Shown in pieces: positions 32,575-41,454 of a stretch of 64,000 nucleotides of DNA. The stretch covers positions 79,807 through 143,806 of the forward strand of contig JAUVXX010000002.1 in the NCBI GenBank assembly GCA_030603395.1. Reading direction: 5' to 3'. The notes under the pieces are model-generated. The model saw only the letters and a program-made list of their open reading frames with translations. It ran no database searches and had not been told where the DNA came from. Position 1 is the first letter of the stretch. Each line of letters starts with the position of its first letter. A program made the translations under genes and the position numbers. The DNA comes from a bacterium (lineage in GTDB: Bacteria; Patescibacteriota; Minisyncoccia; Minisyncoccales; CG1-02-41-26).

Positions 32575-34653
32575 TTAATCTTGCTCTAAAATTTCTTTAA
32601 AATTGTCTTTCCATTCAGGTTTGACGGCAATCGCCTGTTCGGCAAAATCTCTGGCCAACTCCTGATTACCGGAGATTTGAGCAATCTGAACAGCGATTTT
32701 ATGGGACTGAAGCCACCTTGGCTCCAAATCAATTGCTTTTTGGGCTAAACTCAAAGCAGTTTCAAAATCTCTCTGATAAATTTTGGTTTGAGTTAAAGCC
32801 CAATGTCCCTGCTGGTTAGTTGGAGATAATTCAATAGCTCTCCGACCATATTTTTCAGCTAAGGGGAGTTTTTCTGAATCAATTAAAGCATAAAGATTGT
32901 AAAGGTGGGCTAATCTGAGGATTGACCTAAAATCTAAAGGTGATTCTTTTTCTGTTTTTTCTAATTGGGCAATTAGAAAATCAAGTTCTTTGGCCATATC
33001 TTCTTTGGGAATTTTTTGAAGATTTCCTTGGATAATAGTTTGAGACTGCTGAGCAAAAAATTCTCTTATTTGATACTTTCCCATAGGTGAAGTTTCAAGG
33101 GTTTTTTGGTAAAGCTCAATTCTTTCTTGAGAATTTTGGGCTCTGAGAGCTTTTATTATCAAAGCGTCGGTTCTGAAGGGTTGGACGATGAATACAAAAA
33201 AAGTGAAGCAGAAGACCAAAAGCAAAATTCCTGCTGCCCATTGTTTCTTGGGAATGAATTTTTTCTCCCCACCCCTTTCTTTCTCCAGATTTGCCAGGAA
33301 ACTTCCAAATCCTAAAATTAACATAAACATCATTAAACTGGTGGCCATATCAAAAACAGTCATATTTTGAACAAAATAGCTGACCGGAATTACAAAGAAT
33401 ATTCCAAAGGTCCAAAAGTCAATTGTTTTTTCTTTAAAGAATTTTCTCCACAAAACATAAAAGAAGCTAAAGAATAATCCTAGATAAGTTAAAAATCCCA
33501 GGATGCCGGTGGTAACCAAGGTGTCAAAGACAATGTTGTGAGTTCTGTCAAACCAAATTTCTCCACCGCATTCTGAAGTAAAAAGACAAGGATTAAAATA
33601 TTTAGTAAAAACTACATTGTAATTTTCTGGACCCCAGCCAAGTAAGGGTTTTTCCAAAAATCCTTTTTGGGCCATTTCCCAGTTGATAGGTCTATCCGGA
33701 GCCGTGTATTCAAGAAATTTTTGATGAACAAAACTTCCTGGAAGAAAAAGCAGAATTGAACCAACTAAAACAGCTATTAGAGAAATCCCTAAAAGAATTT
33801 TTCCAAAAATTCTTATTTTATTAGACCTCGGTCGCAAAGCCAACCAAAAAAGGAATAATAAAGCTACTCCTCCAAAAAAAGCAATGGTAGCTGCCCGAGC
33901 TCCATTAAGATACATTACTGAAACTGTCAAGCTGATTCCCGCTAAAGAGTAAATTTTCCAGCCCCAATTTCTTTTTTGGAAAAATAGCCAAAGAGCCAAA
34001 AAAGCATTAAATAAAAGATAGGTTCCTAAGAAGGAGGTATTGCCCAAGGTTGTACCACCTCTGTCAGAAAATTTAAAGCTCTCTATTCCTCCCCGTTCAA
34101 GAAGAGCGGCTAAACTTACCAGGATAGAAACAGAGATTGAAACAATGAAAATTTTTCTCCAATCAGATGACTTTTTAAAAGTAGAAGACACTACCAAAAA
34201 GAACCCGAGCAGATGAAGCCAAACCAAAACTCCTGTCATTCTCTCATATTTTGACCAAAAAGAGCGCGAGAAATCTATTCCCAGAACAGCACTCAATATT
34301 AAAACAATTAAAAATAAGATTAAAGCTATGGAAATTGGGTTAAGTTTTGGCCGATATTTTTTGTAATTGATAGCTAAATAAAGCCAGACGAAAAATATAA
34401 TCTGGCAAAAAGCCATGAAATATAAACTTTTGGGACCAACAAAGGGGAAATAAAATTTAGACGAAATAATTAAGGGAGTAAATAAAGCCAAATATACCCC
34501 AAAGCGAATGAAGTTCAATAGAAAAGAGACGAGAGGAGTTTCTCTTTCAGTGGCCTCTCCTTTAAGAGTTTCTATTTCTCCTCCTTGCCCGCTGTAGCCT
34601 TGGCGAAGGCGGGTTTCTCTCCTTTCTCTTTTTTCTCTTGATTTTTTACCCAT
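32575..34653 (-). CDS. O-antigen ligase/PglL-like oligosaccharyltransferase with TPRs
   Basis: TLGN, ARAA, R...W, LLGWGPENY and FDRTHN (Wzy_C His); C-terminal TPRs; last gene of the glycan locus. Confidence 0.82.
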   Translation of the reverse strand: MGKKSREKRERRETRLRQGYSGQGGEIETLKGEATERETPLVSFLLNFIRFGVYLALFTPLIISSKFYFPFVGPKSLYFMAFCQIIFFVWLYLAINYKKYRPKLNPISIALILFLIVLILSAVLGIDFSRSFWSKYERMTGVLVWLHLLGFFLVVSSTFKKSSDWRKIFIVSISVSILVSLAALLERGGIESFKFSDRGGTTLGNTSFLGTYLLFNAFLALWLFFQKRNWGWKIYSLAGISLTVSVMYLNGARAATIAFFGGVALLFLFWLALRPRSNKIRIFGKILLGISLIAVLVGSILLFLPGSFVHQKFLEYTAPDRPINWEMAQKGFLEKPLLGWGPENYNVVFTKYFNPCLFTSECGGEIWFDRTHNIVFDTLVTTGILGFLTYLGLFFSFFYVLWRKFFKEKTIDFWTFGIFFVIPVSYFVQNMTVFDMATSLMMFMLILGFGSFLANLEKERGGEKKFIPKKQWAAGILLLVFCFTFFVFIVQPFRTDALIIKALRAQNSQERIELYQKTLETSPMGKYQIREFFAQQSQTIIQGNLQKIPKEDMAKELDFLIAQLEKTEKESPLDFRSILRLAHLYNLYALIDSEKLPLAEKYGRRAIELSPTNQQGHWALTQTKIYQRDFETALSLAQKAIDLEPRWLQSHKIAVQIAQISGNQELARDFAEQAIAVKPEWKDNFKEILEQD
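34584..34620. repeat. Family A palindromic element, in-frame
   Basis: CTTGCCCGCTGTAGCCTTGGCGAAGGCGGGTTTCTCT; encodes RETRLRQGYSGQG. Confidence 0.8.
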
Positions 34654-36493
34654 TGACGTAAGTAGGAATAAGTGTTTTTAGGGTTTTTATGATGGATTCT
34701 CTATCCTGATTTTGAGCGGCTGTCTTTAGTTTTTCTAATCCTGAATTTAATTTTTCTTCCTCAACTTTAGAAAGTTTAGCCATAAAAATTTTTTGATTCT
34801 GAGTGGCTATTGTTCCTTCTTCAGCGGTCAAAATTTCTTCAAAAAATTTCTCCCCGGGTCGAGGTTCGGTAAAAACAATGGGAATATCTTTATCCGGTTC
34901 AAGTCCAGAAAGTCGAATTAATTCTCGAGCTAAATCTATTATCCTAAGAGGGTCACCCATATCTAAAACAAACACTTCTCCCCCTTGACCCATAACCCCT
35001 GCTTGGAGCACTAAAAGGCAGGCTTCGGGGGTGGTCATAAAATATCTTCTCATTTCCGAATGGGTAACCTTTATCGGTTCTCTCTTTCTTATCTGTTCTT
35101 TAAAAATTGGAATGACGCTCCCCCGGCTGTTTAAGACGTTGCCAAACCGAACCGAAATAAATTTAGTAGGATTTTTTTGATTTAAAGTTTGGCCAATCAT
35201 CTCCCCTATTCTCTTGGTAGCCCCCATTACTGAAGTTGGGTTAATTGCTTTATCGGTGGAAATAAAAACAAATTTTTCTGCTCCGTGCCCAAGGGCCATT
35301 TCAGCAACTATTTTCATCCCAAAAATATTATTTTTCACTGCTTCATCCGGATGAATTTCCATTAAAGGAACGTGCTTGTAAGCAGCAGCATGAAAAACGA
35401 GCTGGGGATGGAACTTATTAAAAATTTTCTCAATCTTTGACCTGTCCTGAATATCGGCTATCAGGGAAGCGATGTTTAATCTTGGGAATTTATTTTCCAA
35501 CTCTTGGGAAATGTTAAAAATACCGGTTTCATCCTGGTCAAGCATTAAAAGCAAGGAGGGATTGAATTTAGCTGCTTGTCGGCAAAGTTCAGAACCAATT
35601 GAGCCAGCCGCCCCGGTAATTAAAACTTTTTTATTTCTAATAAAATTTTCAATTGACTGCTGGTCTAAAGAAATTGGCTCTCTGCCCAATAAATCTTCCA
35701 TCTTCACTTCTCGGAGCGCTCCAACGCCAACTTGACCGTTAATAACCTCACTAAGAGAGGAAACTATCTTAATTTTCTTAAGGCCAGCTTTTCTTCCATT
35801 GCCAACGGCCGCCCTAATGGTCTGGGAGCCGGCAGATGGCAAAGCGATAATTAAACTCTCTACCTGGCGTGATTTTACCACGGTGGGAATGTCCTTAATT
35901 TTTCCAAAAACTTTAAGTCCATGAATGGATACTTTCTGCTTTCTTAAGTCGTCATCTACAAAACCTATTGGAAGATAGGGACTAAATTCAGAGCTTAAAA
36001 TACTTCTTAAAATTTGTTCACCGGCATTCCCCGCCCCAACAATTAAAGTTCTTTCTTTCTTTTTCCTGCCTCTTTTAGGGAAAAGCCGAAGATAAATTCT
36101 TTTGGAAAAACGAATGCTCCCGCAGAATAAGAAAACCAAAAAATAACCAACAAAAAGGATAGAGCGGGGAAAGCCGGCAAAAATCGGATGCTCTCTTAAA
36201 ATGAAAAGGGAAGCTGCTAAAAATAAAAAGCTCAGGGTAACGGCTTTAAATAGAGATATTAATTCTTCGGTGCTGACATAAGCCCAGGAAAAAGAATAGA
36301 GTTTTAAAAAATGAAAAACGGGGAGACAAAAGATTAAAGCTAATAAAATTATTCCCCAAATATTTGAAAAATATTGAGAAGGTATTATTCCTTCAAATCT
36401 TAAAAGAAAAGCAAAATAGATGGCTAGGCAAATCAGAAAGACGTCAGCAATTAAAAATAAGATTTTTCTAAATTTAGCAATAAAATTAGTCAT
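34646..36493 (-). CDS. Membrane-bound UDP-GlcNAc 4,6-dehydratase (PglF/CapD/WbpM family)
   Basis: 4 TM, ITGAAGSIGSEL, HAAAYKHVP, STDKA, MGATKR and VRFGNVL.SRGSV. Confidence 0.93.
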   Translation of the reverse strand: MTNFIAKFRKILFLIADVFLICLAIYFAFLLRFEGIIPSQYFSNIWGIILLALIFCLPVFHFLKLYSFSWAYVSTEELISLFKAVTLSFLFLAASLFILREHPIFAGFPRSILFVGYFLVFLFCGSIRFSKRIYLRLFPKRGRKKKERTLIVGAGNAGEQILRSILSSEFSPYLPIGFVDDDLRKQKVSIHGLKVFGKIKDIPTVVKSRQVESLIIALPSAGSQTIRAAVGNGRKAGLKKIKIVSSLSEVINGQVGVGALREVKMEDLLGREPISLDQQSIENFIRNKKVLITGAAGSIGSELCRQAAKFNPSLLLMLDQDETGIFNISQELENKFPRLNIASLIADIQDRSKIEKIFNKFHPQLVFHAAAYKHVPLMEIHPDEAVKNNIFGMKIVAEMALGHGAEKFVFISTDKAINPTSVMGATKRIGEMIGQTLNQKNPTKFISVRFGNVLNSRGSVIPIFKEQIRKREPIKVTHSEMRRYFMTTPEACLLVLQAGVMGQGGEVFVLDMGDPLRIIDLARELIRLSGLEPDKDIPIVFTEPRPGEKFFEEILTAEEGTIATQNQKIFMAKLSKVEEEKLNSGLEKLKTAAQNQDRESIIKTLKTLIPTYVNG

Positions 36494-37601
36494 TTTTTAT
36501 ATAAAAATCTTTAAGGCACTCCATCACATACTCTGCCTGTTTATTGGTTAATTCGGGGTAGAGAGGCAAAGAAATGACTTCTTTGGCAAGTTGTTCGGTA
36601 TAAGGGAGCTGGAAATGGGAAAGCGAAAGCCCTTTATGCCAATGATTAGGAATGGGGTCTTTTATTAAAGTTTCCACCCCCTTTTCTTTTAAAAACTCAA
36701 AAAGTTCATCTCTTTTTTGGGCTTTCAAAACATAATTTTGATAAACATCAAAATATTCTGGATTGGCATCGGGCGCTGGCGGAAGTTTCAGTCCCGAAAG
36801 AGCAGATAGATTTTTTGTATAAATTTCAGCAAGCTCTCTTCTTCTCTTTATCCATTTTGGTAAATATTTAATCTTTACGTTTAAAATGGCTGCCTGAAGA
36901 TTGTCCAGGCGGGAAGTCCAACCGTAACAAACTATTTCGGTTTTCGTTTTCTGTCCATGGTCTCTAAAAAGCCGGACTTTTTGGGCAATGTCTTGATTGT
37001 TGGTTGCCACCGCTCCCCCGTCGCCCAATGCTCCCAAAATTTTTGCCGGATAAAAACTGAAAGTTCCTGTTAAGCCGAACGAGCCCGCCATTTTCCCGTT
37101 AAACTTGGCGCCTAAGGCCTGGGCGGCATCCTCAATAACTATTAAATTATGTTTTTGGCTGAGCTCCATCAATTTCTCCATATGACACATTCTACCATTA
37201 AGATGAACAGGCATTATGGCCTTGGTTTTCGGAGTAATAGCTGCCTCTATTTTTTCCAGAGCCATGGTAAAATCCTCTGCTACCTCTATCAAAACTGGTT
37301 TGGCTCCTATGTGGACAATACTGGCTATGGAAGCAACAAAGGTATGAGAAACAGTAATTACTTCATCTCCTTTTCCTATTCCAGCAGCTTTCAAAGAGAA
37401 AATTAAAGCATCGGTGCCGCTATTAAGCCCGACAACATATTTTACTCCTAAAAAAGAAGCCAAATTCTTTTCAAAACTTTCTACATCCGAACGTAAAATC
37501 AAATCCCCTCTCGAAAGAACACCTTGAATAGCATCGTCTATCTCATTTTTCAAATTTTGATATTGTAACTTGTAACCAACAAAGGAAACTTTATATTTCA
37601 T
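36486..37601 (-). CDS. DegT-family sugar aminotransferase
   Basis: NSGTDAL, IEDAAQA and FSFYPAKILGALGDGG. Confidence 0.92.
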   Translation of the reverse strand: MKYKVSFVGYKLQYQNLKNEIDDAIQGVLSRGDLILRSDVESFEKNLASFLGVKYVVGLNSGTDALIFSLKAAGIGKGDEVITVSHTFVASIASIVHIGAKPVLIEVAEDFTMALEKIEAAITPKTKAIMPVHLNGRMCHMEKLMELSQKHNLIVIEDAAQALGAKFNGKMAGSFGLTGTFSFYPAKILGALGDGGAVATNNQDIAQKVRLFRDHGQKTKTEIVCYGWTSRLDNLQAAILNVKIKYLPKWIKRRRELAEIYTKNLSALSGLKLPPAPDANPEYFDVYQNYVLKAQKRDELFEFLKEKGVETLIKDPIPNHWHKGLSLSHFQLPYTEQLAKEVISLPLYPELTNKQAEYVMECLKDFYIKND

Positions 37602-37607
37602 AATCTT

Positions 37608-38093
37608 TCACAATCTTATATAAGCCGGGCCCTTTCTTTTATATTCTTCACGAATAACCTTCTCAACTTCTTTTGAAGTTTCGGGAGTGTGGATTTTAAT
37701 ATTGGGTAAATGCTTCAGCACCTTAATATCCTCATCTTTTTCAATATTGTGCGTAAATCCCAAGAATTTGTAATATTGATAACCACCAACAGCTATAATC
37801 TTCACGTTGGCATTGTGATAACAAACATCATCTCTTAATTGTTCATAACAGCGCATAATAACAAAAGGTATGATTCCGTAGACATAGGGCTTTTTGCCGC
37901 TTTGAGCAAGGCCTGCGGCAATTCCCATTATTGTTTGTTCGGTTATTCCACAGTTAATATATTGGTTTGGGAATTTCTTTTCAAAATCTTCAAATAAATT
38001 AAAACCGGTGTCATCGTTAAGCAACCAAACATTTTTGTCTTTTTCCGCTAACTCTATTAATTTTTCAACGAAGATTGTTCTTAGCTTTTTCAT
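37608..38093 (-). CDS. Split transketolase, pyrimidine-binding subunit only (161 aa)
   Basis: NCGITEQ, R.YEQLR and GFTH; ends at GPAYIRL. Confidence 0.85.
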   Translation of the reverse strand: MKKLRTIFVEKLIELAEKDKNVWLLNDDTGFNLFEDFEKKFPNQYINCGITEQTIMGIAAGLAQSGKKPYVYGIIPFVIMRCYEQLRDDVCYHNANVKIIAVGGYQYYKFLGFTHNIEKDEDIKVLKHLPNIKIHTPETSKEVEKVIREEYKRKGPAYIRL

Positions 38094-38109
38094 ATTTCTT
38101 TGAATCTAT

Positions 38110-38868
38110 TTACATTTTATCAATATCCCTTAAGGCCCTTTTCATCAACTTTTCATCTAAATTATAGTAATGCCATTCCAATTTATTTTCAGCAAAGGAC
38201 ACTCCTTTTCCTTTAATTGTATCGCAAATTATCATATTTGGTTTTTTACTTGATAAATTTTCACAAGCTTTTATTATCTCTTTTATATTATGACCATCAA
38301 CCCGTTGAACTGCCCAATCAAACATTTTTATTCTTTTATCTAATGGTTCTATGTTTAGTACCTCTTTGGTCCATCCAAAAGCTTGAAGACGATTATTGTC
38401 AATTAGAGCTATTAAATTATTTAATTTGTGTTGTGAAGCAAATAAAATTGATTCATAAAAAGTTCCTGGTTGACATTCTCCATCTGACATTAAAACAAAA
38501 ACCTTTCTGTTTCTATCCGCCAGAGCCATTCCAATTGCCACTGGCAATCCGTGTCCAACTGAACCGAAAGAGTGTTCAATTCCTGGAACTGTATGATGAA
38601 CTAATCCCCAGTATTTAGAACCTATTTCATAATAATTCTCATATAAATCATTCCAATCAATAACGCCTTTCTCTGCCAATATAGAATACAAAGCAGCTGC
38701 CGCCCACCCCTTGCTCATTAAGAATTTATCTTCTGGTTTCATTATCCCTCCAAAATAAAGAGCAACCAATATTTCGATGCAAGACATACAGGAGCCCAAA
38801 TGACAAGCTTGATGTTTGTAAAGAAGTTCTACTACTTGTCTTCTGATTTTTTTAGCTATTTTTTTCAT
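38110..38868 (-). CDS. Split transketolase, ThDP-binding N-subunit
   Basis: HLGSCMS, SKGW, GSVGHGL, SDGE...DNN and TIKGKGVSF. Confidence 0.88.
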   Translation of the reverse strand: MKKIAKKIRRQVVELLYKHQACHLGSCMSCIEILVALYFGGIMKPEDKFLMSKGWAAAALYSILAEKGVIDWNDLYENYYEIGSKYWGLVHHTVPGIEHSFGSVGHGLPVAIGMALADRNRKVFVLMSDGECQPGTFYESILFASQHKLNNLIALIDNNRLQAFGWTKEVLNIEPLDKRIKMFDWAVQRVDGHNIKEIIKACENLSSKKPNMIICDTIKGKGVSFAENKLEWHYYNLDEKLMKRALRDIDKM

Positions 38869-39458
38869 TGAAATATTTTAAAAATTGTTTTAAGAATTAT
38901 TTTAATATCCAATAAAAACGAATGGTTTTTAACGTATTTTATTTGGAGTTCAATTTTTTTTGGCCTTATCTTTTCCAAATAAGTTTTTTCCGGGTCAGGG
39001 CTTCCTCTCAAAATTTCGCCCTCATGAAAATTTTGCAGGCAGGCCAAATCGGTCATTCCCGGCAAAACCGACAGGATTGTCTCTTTTTCCTCCTCTGACA
39101 TTATATCAACATACATTTGAACTTCGGGCCTGGGACCAACAAAACTCATCTTTCCCCTTAAAACATCAATCAACTGAGGCAATTCGTCCAACTGGTATTT
39201 TTTAAGGAATCTTCCTATTTTTGTTAAACGGGGGTCATCAGCAGCCGTTGAGGGTCCGCCAAGACTTTGGGCATTTTCAATCATTGTCCTGAATTTAAAA
39301 ATCCTGAATGGTTTGCCAAGACGGCCGAGCCTCTCTCCCCGAAAAAAAACCGGGCCCTTAGAATCAAGTTTTATTAAAACAGCCATAACAATTAACAATG
39401 GCGAAGTTATTATCAATCCTAAAAAAGAAAAAACAATATCAAATAATCTTTTTGCCAT
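38865..39458 (-). CDS. Monotopic phosphoglycosyl transferase (PglC/WbaP C-domain family)
   Basis: KRLFD, FKFRTM, DPRLT..G, LDELPQL and MSFVGPRP; start moved to MAKRLFD. Confidence 0.92.
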   Translation of the reverse strand: MAKRLFDIVFSFLGLIITSPLLIVMAVLIKLDSKGPVFFRGERLGRLGKPFRIFKFRTMIENAQSLGGPSTAADDPRLTKIGRFLKKYQLDELPQLIDVLRGKMSFVGPRPEVQMYVDIMSEEEKETILSVLPGMTDLACLQNFHEGEILRGSPDPEKTYLEKIRPKKIELQIKYVKNHSFLLDIKIILKTIFKIFQ

Positions 39459-39459
39459 G

Positions 39460-40233
39460 TTATTTCTTGGGCTGGGAAAAAATAAAGACAATTTTAAAGG
39501 CGTATTTTCTTAAAAACGGCAGGCAAAACAATATTCTATCAATTGCTTCAAAGAACTTTAATAAAGATTTAGCTCCTTTAATATTAAGAAACGGGAAAAT
39601 TATCCAGGAAACCAGGTGGAAAAATCTGACTTCAACCCTGCTGAAATAGTTTTTAGCTAAATCAATGTCTTTTATTCTCAAGATATGCTCGGCTGCCCAC
39701 TTTGTTCTCTTTCCCCGCAGCTTATTAATTTTTCTCTTGAAGTTGGTCAAGGGATTATGGCCAAAAGTTTCAATTCCGACAAGAAACCCGGTTGGTTTTA
39801 AAACTCTGGCCAATTCAGGATAAGCTTTTTTGACATCCAGGGAAGAGAAGGTGCCGCCGTCAAAAATTATATCAAAAAAATTGTCCGGAAATTTTAATTC
39901 TTCGCAGTCCATCAGTAAAAAATCGGTCTTGTCTTCAACTCCCTCTTGTTTTGCTTTCTCTTTAGCAATTTTGAGCAATGGTTCAGAAAGGTCAATGCCA
40001 ATCATCTTTGCCCCTTGTTTAGCCAGAAAAACAGAATGAATTCCATTTCCACAGCCGTAATCCAAAACTTTTTTATCTTGACAATTTTTTGTCAGCCAAT
40101 GGTAACAAAATTTGAAACTTGATAAAGACGAAGGGTCAAATCCTTCAAAATCACCCTCCTGCCATTGTTCTGCTTTCTTGTCGTAATATTCAATTTCTTT
40201 TTGTTTTCTTGGCTCCACAATTAAAATATTCAT
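39460..40233 (-). CDS. Class I SAM-dependent methyltransferase
   Basis: VLDYGCGNG, GIDLS, FPDNFFD and RVLKP.G. Confidence 0.9.
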   Translation of the reverse strand: MNILIVEPRKQKEIEYYDKKAEQWQEGDFEGFDPSSLSSFKFCYHWLTKNCQDKKVLDYGCGNGIHSVFLAKQGAKMIGIDLSEPLLKIAKEKAKQEGVEDKTDFLLMDCEELKFPDNFFDIIFDGGTFSSLDVKKAYPELARVLKPTGFLVGIETFGHNPLTNFKRKINKLRGKRTKWAAEHILRIKDIDLAKNYFSRVEVRFFHLVSWIIFPFLNIKGAKSLLKFFEAIDRILFCLPFLRKYAFKIVFIFSQPKK

Positions 40234-40237
40234 TACG

Positions 40238-40410
40238 CTAAAGCTTGCGAATATTTTTTAGAAACCCACGGTTTCTAACGCTCGCAAGCTTTGCTTGCTC
40301 ACTGTTTTCCTCCACGGGGAAACACCCAGTTTCCCCGACCCCCTTTCTGATTTTATCGGAATTTCAATTCCGATAAAACAAAAAATAGTACTTAATTTTA
40401 GGTACTATTT
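40238..40410. repeat. Cluster of adjacent and nested hairpins in the operon leader
   Basis: AAAGCTTGCGA/TCGCAAGCTTT enclosing TTAGAAACC/GGTTTCTAA; CGGGGAAAC/GTTTCCCCG; TTTTATCGGAATT/AATTCCGATAAAA; AAATAGTAC/GTACTATTT. Confidence 0.75.
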
Positions 40411-40439
40411 ATCTTACAAAAATTTTTGGACTTTTTCAA
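40411..40439 (-). promoter_or_regulatory. Probable internal promoter
   Basis: TTGAAA-17 bp-TAAGAT. Confidence 0.5.
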
Positions 40440-40452
40440 CCCTAAGCTTACT

Positions 40453-41454
40453 TTATTTTCTGAATAGCTTAAAAAAGCCTAAAATTGAACCTAATCCATA
40501 ACCAATGTGGCGCGAAATAAAAACGACTGGCATTAAAAACAAAAACCTGAAATCTTTTTCTTTTTTAGCGATTACCAGAGAGAAACAAAGGTTGACAGAA
40601 AGATATAAAAAAATTATAGCCAGAAAAAGCAGAAAGAAAATTCTTGAAACAAAAGAGAGTACCCCAAAGCCAATTAAGATTGAAACAAACTTTAAGGGAA
40701 TTAGGTGTCTCCAGGAAAAAATTTTAATGCCGAACTTTAAAGGATAAATTGTCCAGATTCCGTCAGTAAAATTATGCCAGAAGAAATCTTTTAGATTGTC
40801 TGAGGGATAATAGAAAGCCGTGATATCCGGCACCAGAAGAATTTTCCCGCCCGCCTTCTTTAATCTTTTATTAAACTCAATATCTTGGGACCTGATTAGT
40901 TTCTCGTTAAAGAGCCCGATTTTCTTAAAAACCTCTTTTCTGTAGCAGCCCCCAAAAACAGTATCTACCTGTCTGGGCTTTTTAGAGCCAGTTCTGAAGT
41001 AAGAGGTACCTGCGCCAAAAGGATGGGCAAGAGAAATAGCAATGGCTTTAGCTACGGGACCACTTCGTTTTGGCAAAGTTTTTATTACCCCGCCCACATT
41101 ATCAGCCCTATATTCATTTAAATACCTGACGCACTTTGAAATATAATCTTTTTGGTAAGAAGCGTGAGCATCTATTCTTACGATAATCTCTCCCTTGGCT
41201 TTTTTTATACCAATGTTTAATCCAAAAGGGGTAAATCCTTGGGGATTTTCTAATAACTTAATAAAAAGATATTGCTTGATGTATCTTTTTACAATCTCCC
41301 CTGTCCTGTCTTTACTCATTCCATTAACAACTAAAATCTCCATCTTATTTTTTGGATAATCCTGTGAAATTAGAGAATCCAAACATTTCCCAATATATTT
41401 TTCCTCATCTCTACAGGGGATAATTATTGAAAGAAAAGGCAAATTGTTTGTCAT
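40453..41454 (-). CDS. GT2 glycosyltransferase (ExoA-like)
   Basis: SIIIPC..EE, RIDAH, VDTVFGG and SQDIEFN; C-terminal TM helices. Confidence 0.9.
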   Translation of the reverse strand: MTNNLPFLSIIIPCRDEEKYIGKCLDSLISQDYPKNKMEILVVNGMSKDRTGEIVKRYIKQYLFIKLLENPQGFTPFGLNIGIKKAKGEIIVRIDAHASYQKDYISKCVRYLNEYRADNVGGVIKTLPKRSGPVAKAIAISLAHPFGAGTSYFRTGSKKPRQVDTVFGGCYRKEVFKKIGLFNEKLIRSQDIEFNKRLKKAGGKILLVPDITAFYYPSDNLKDFFWHNFTDGIWTIYPLKFGIKIFSWRHLIPLKFVSILIGFGVLSFVSRIFFLLFLAIIFLYLSVNLCFSLVIAKKEKDFRFLFLMPVVFISRHIGYGLGSILGFFKLFRK

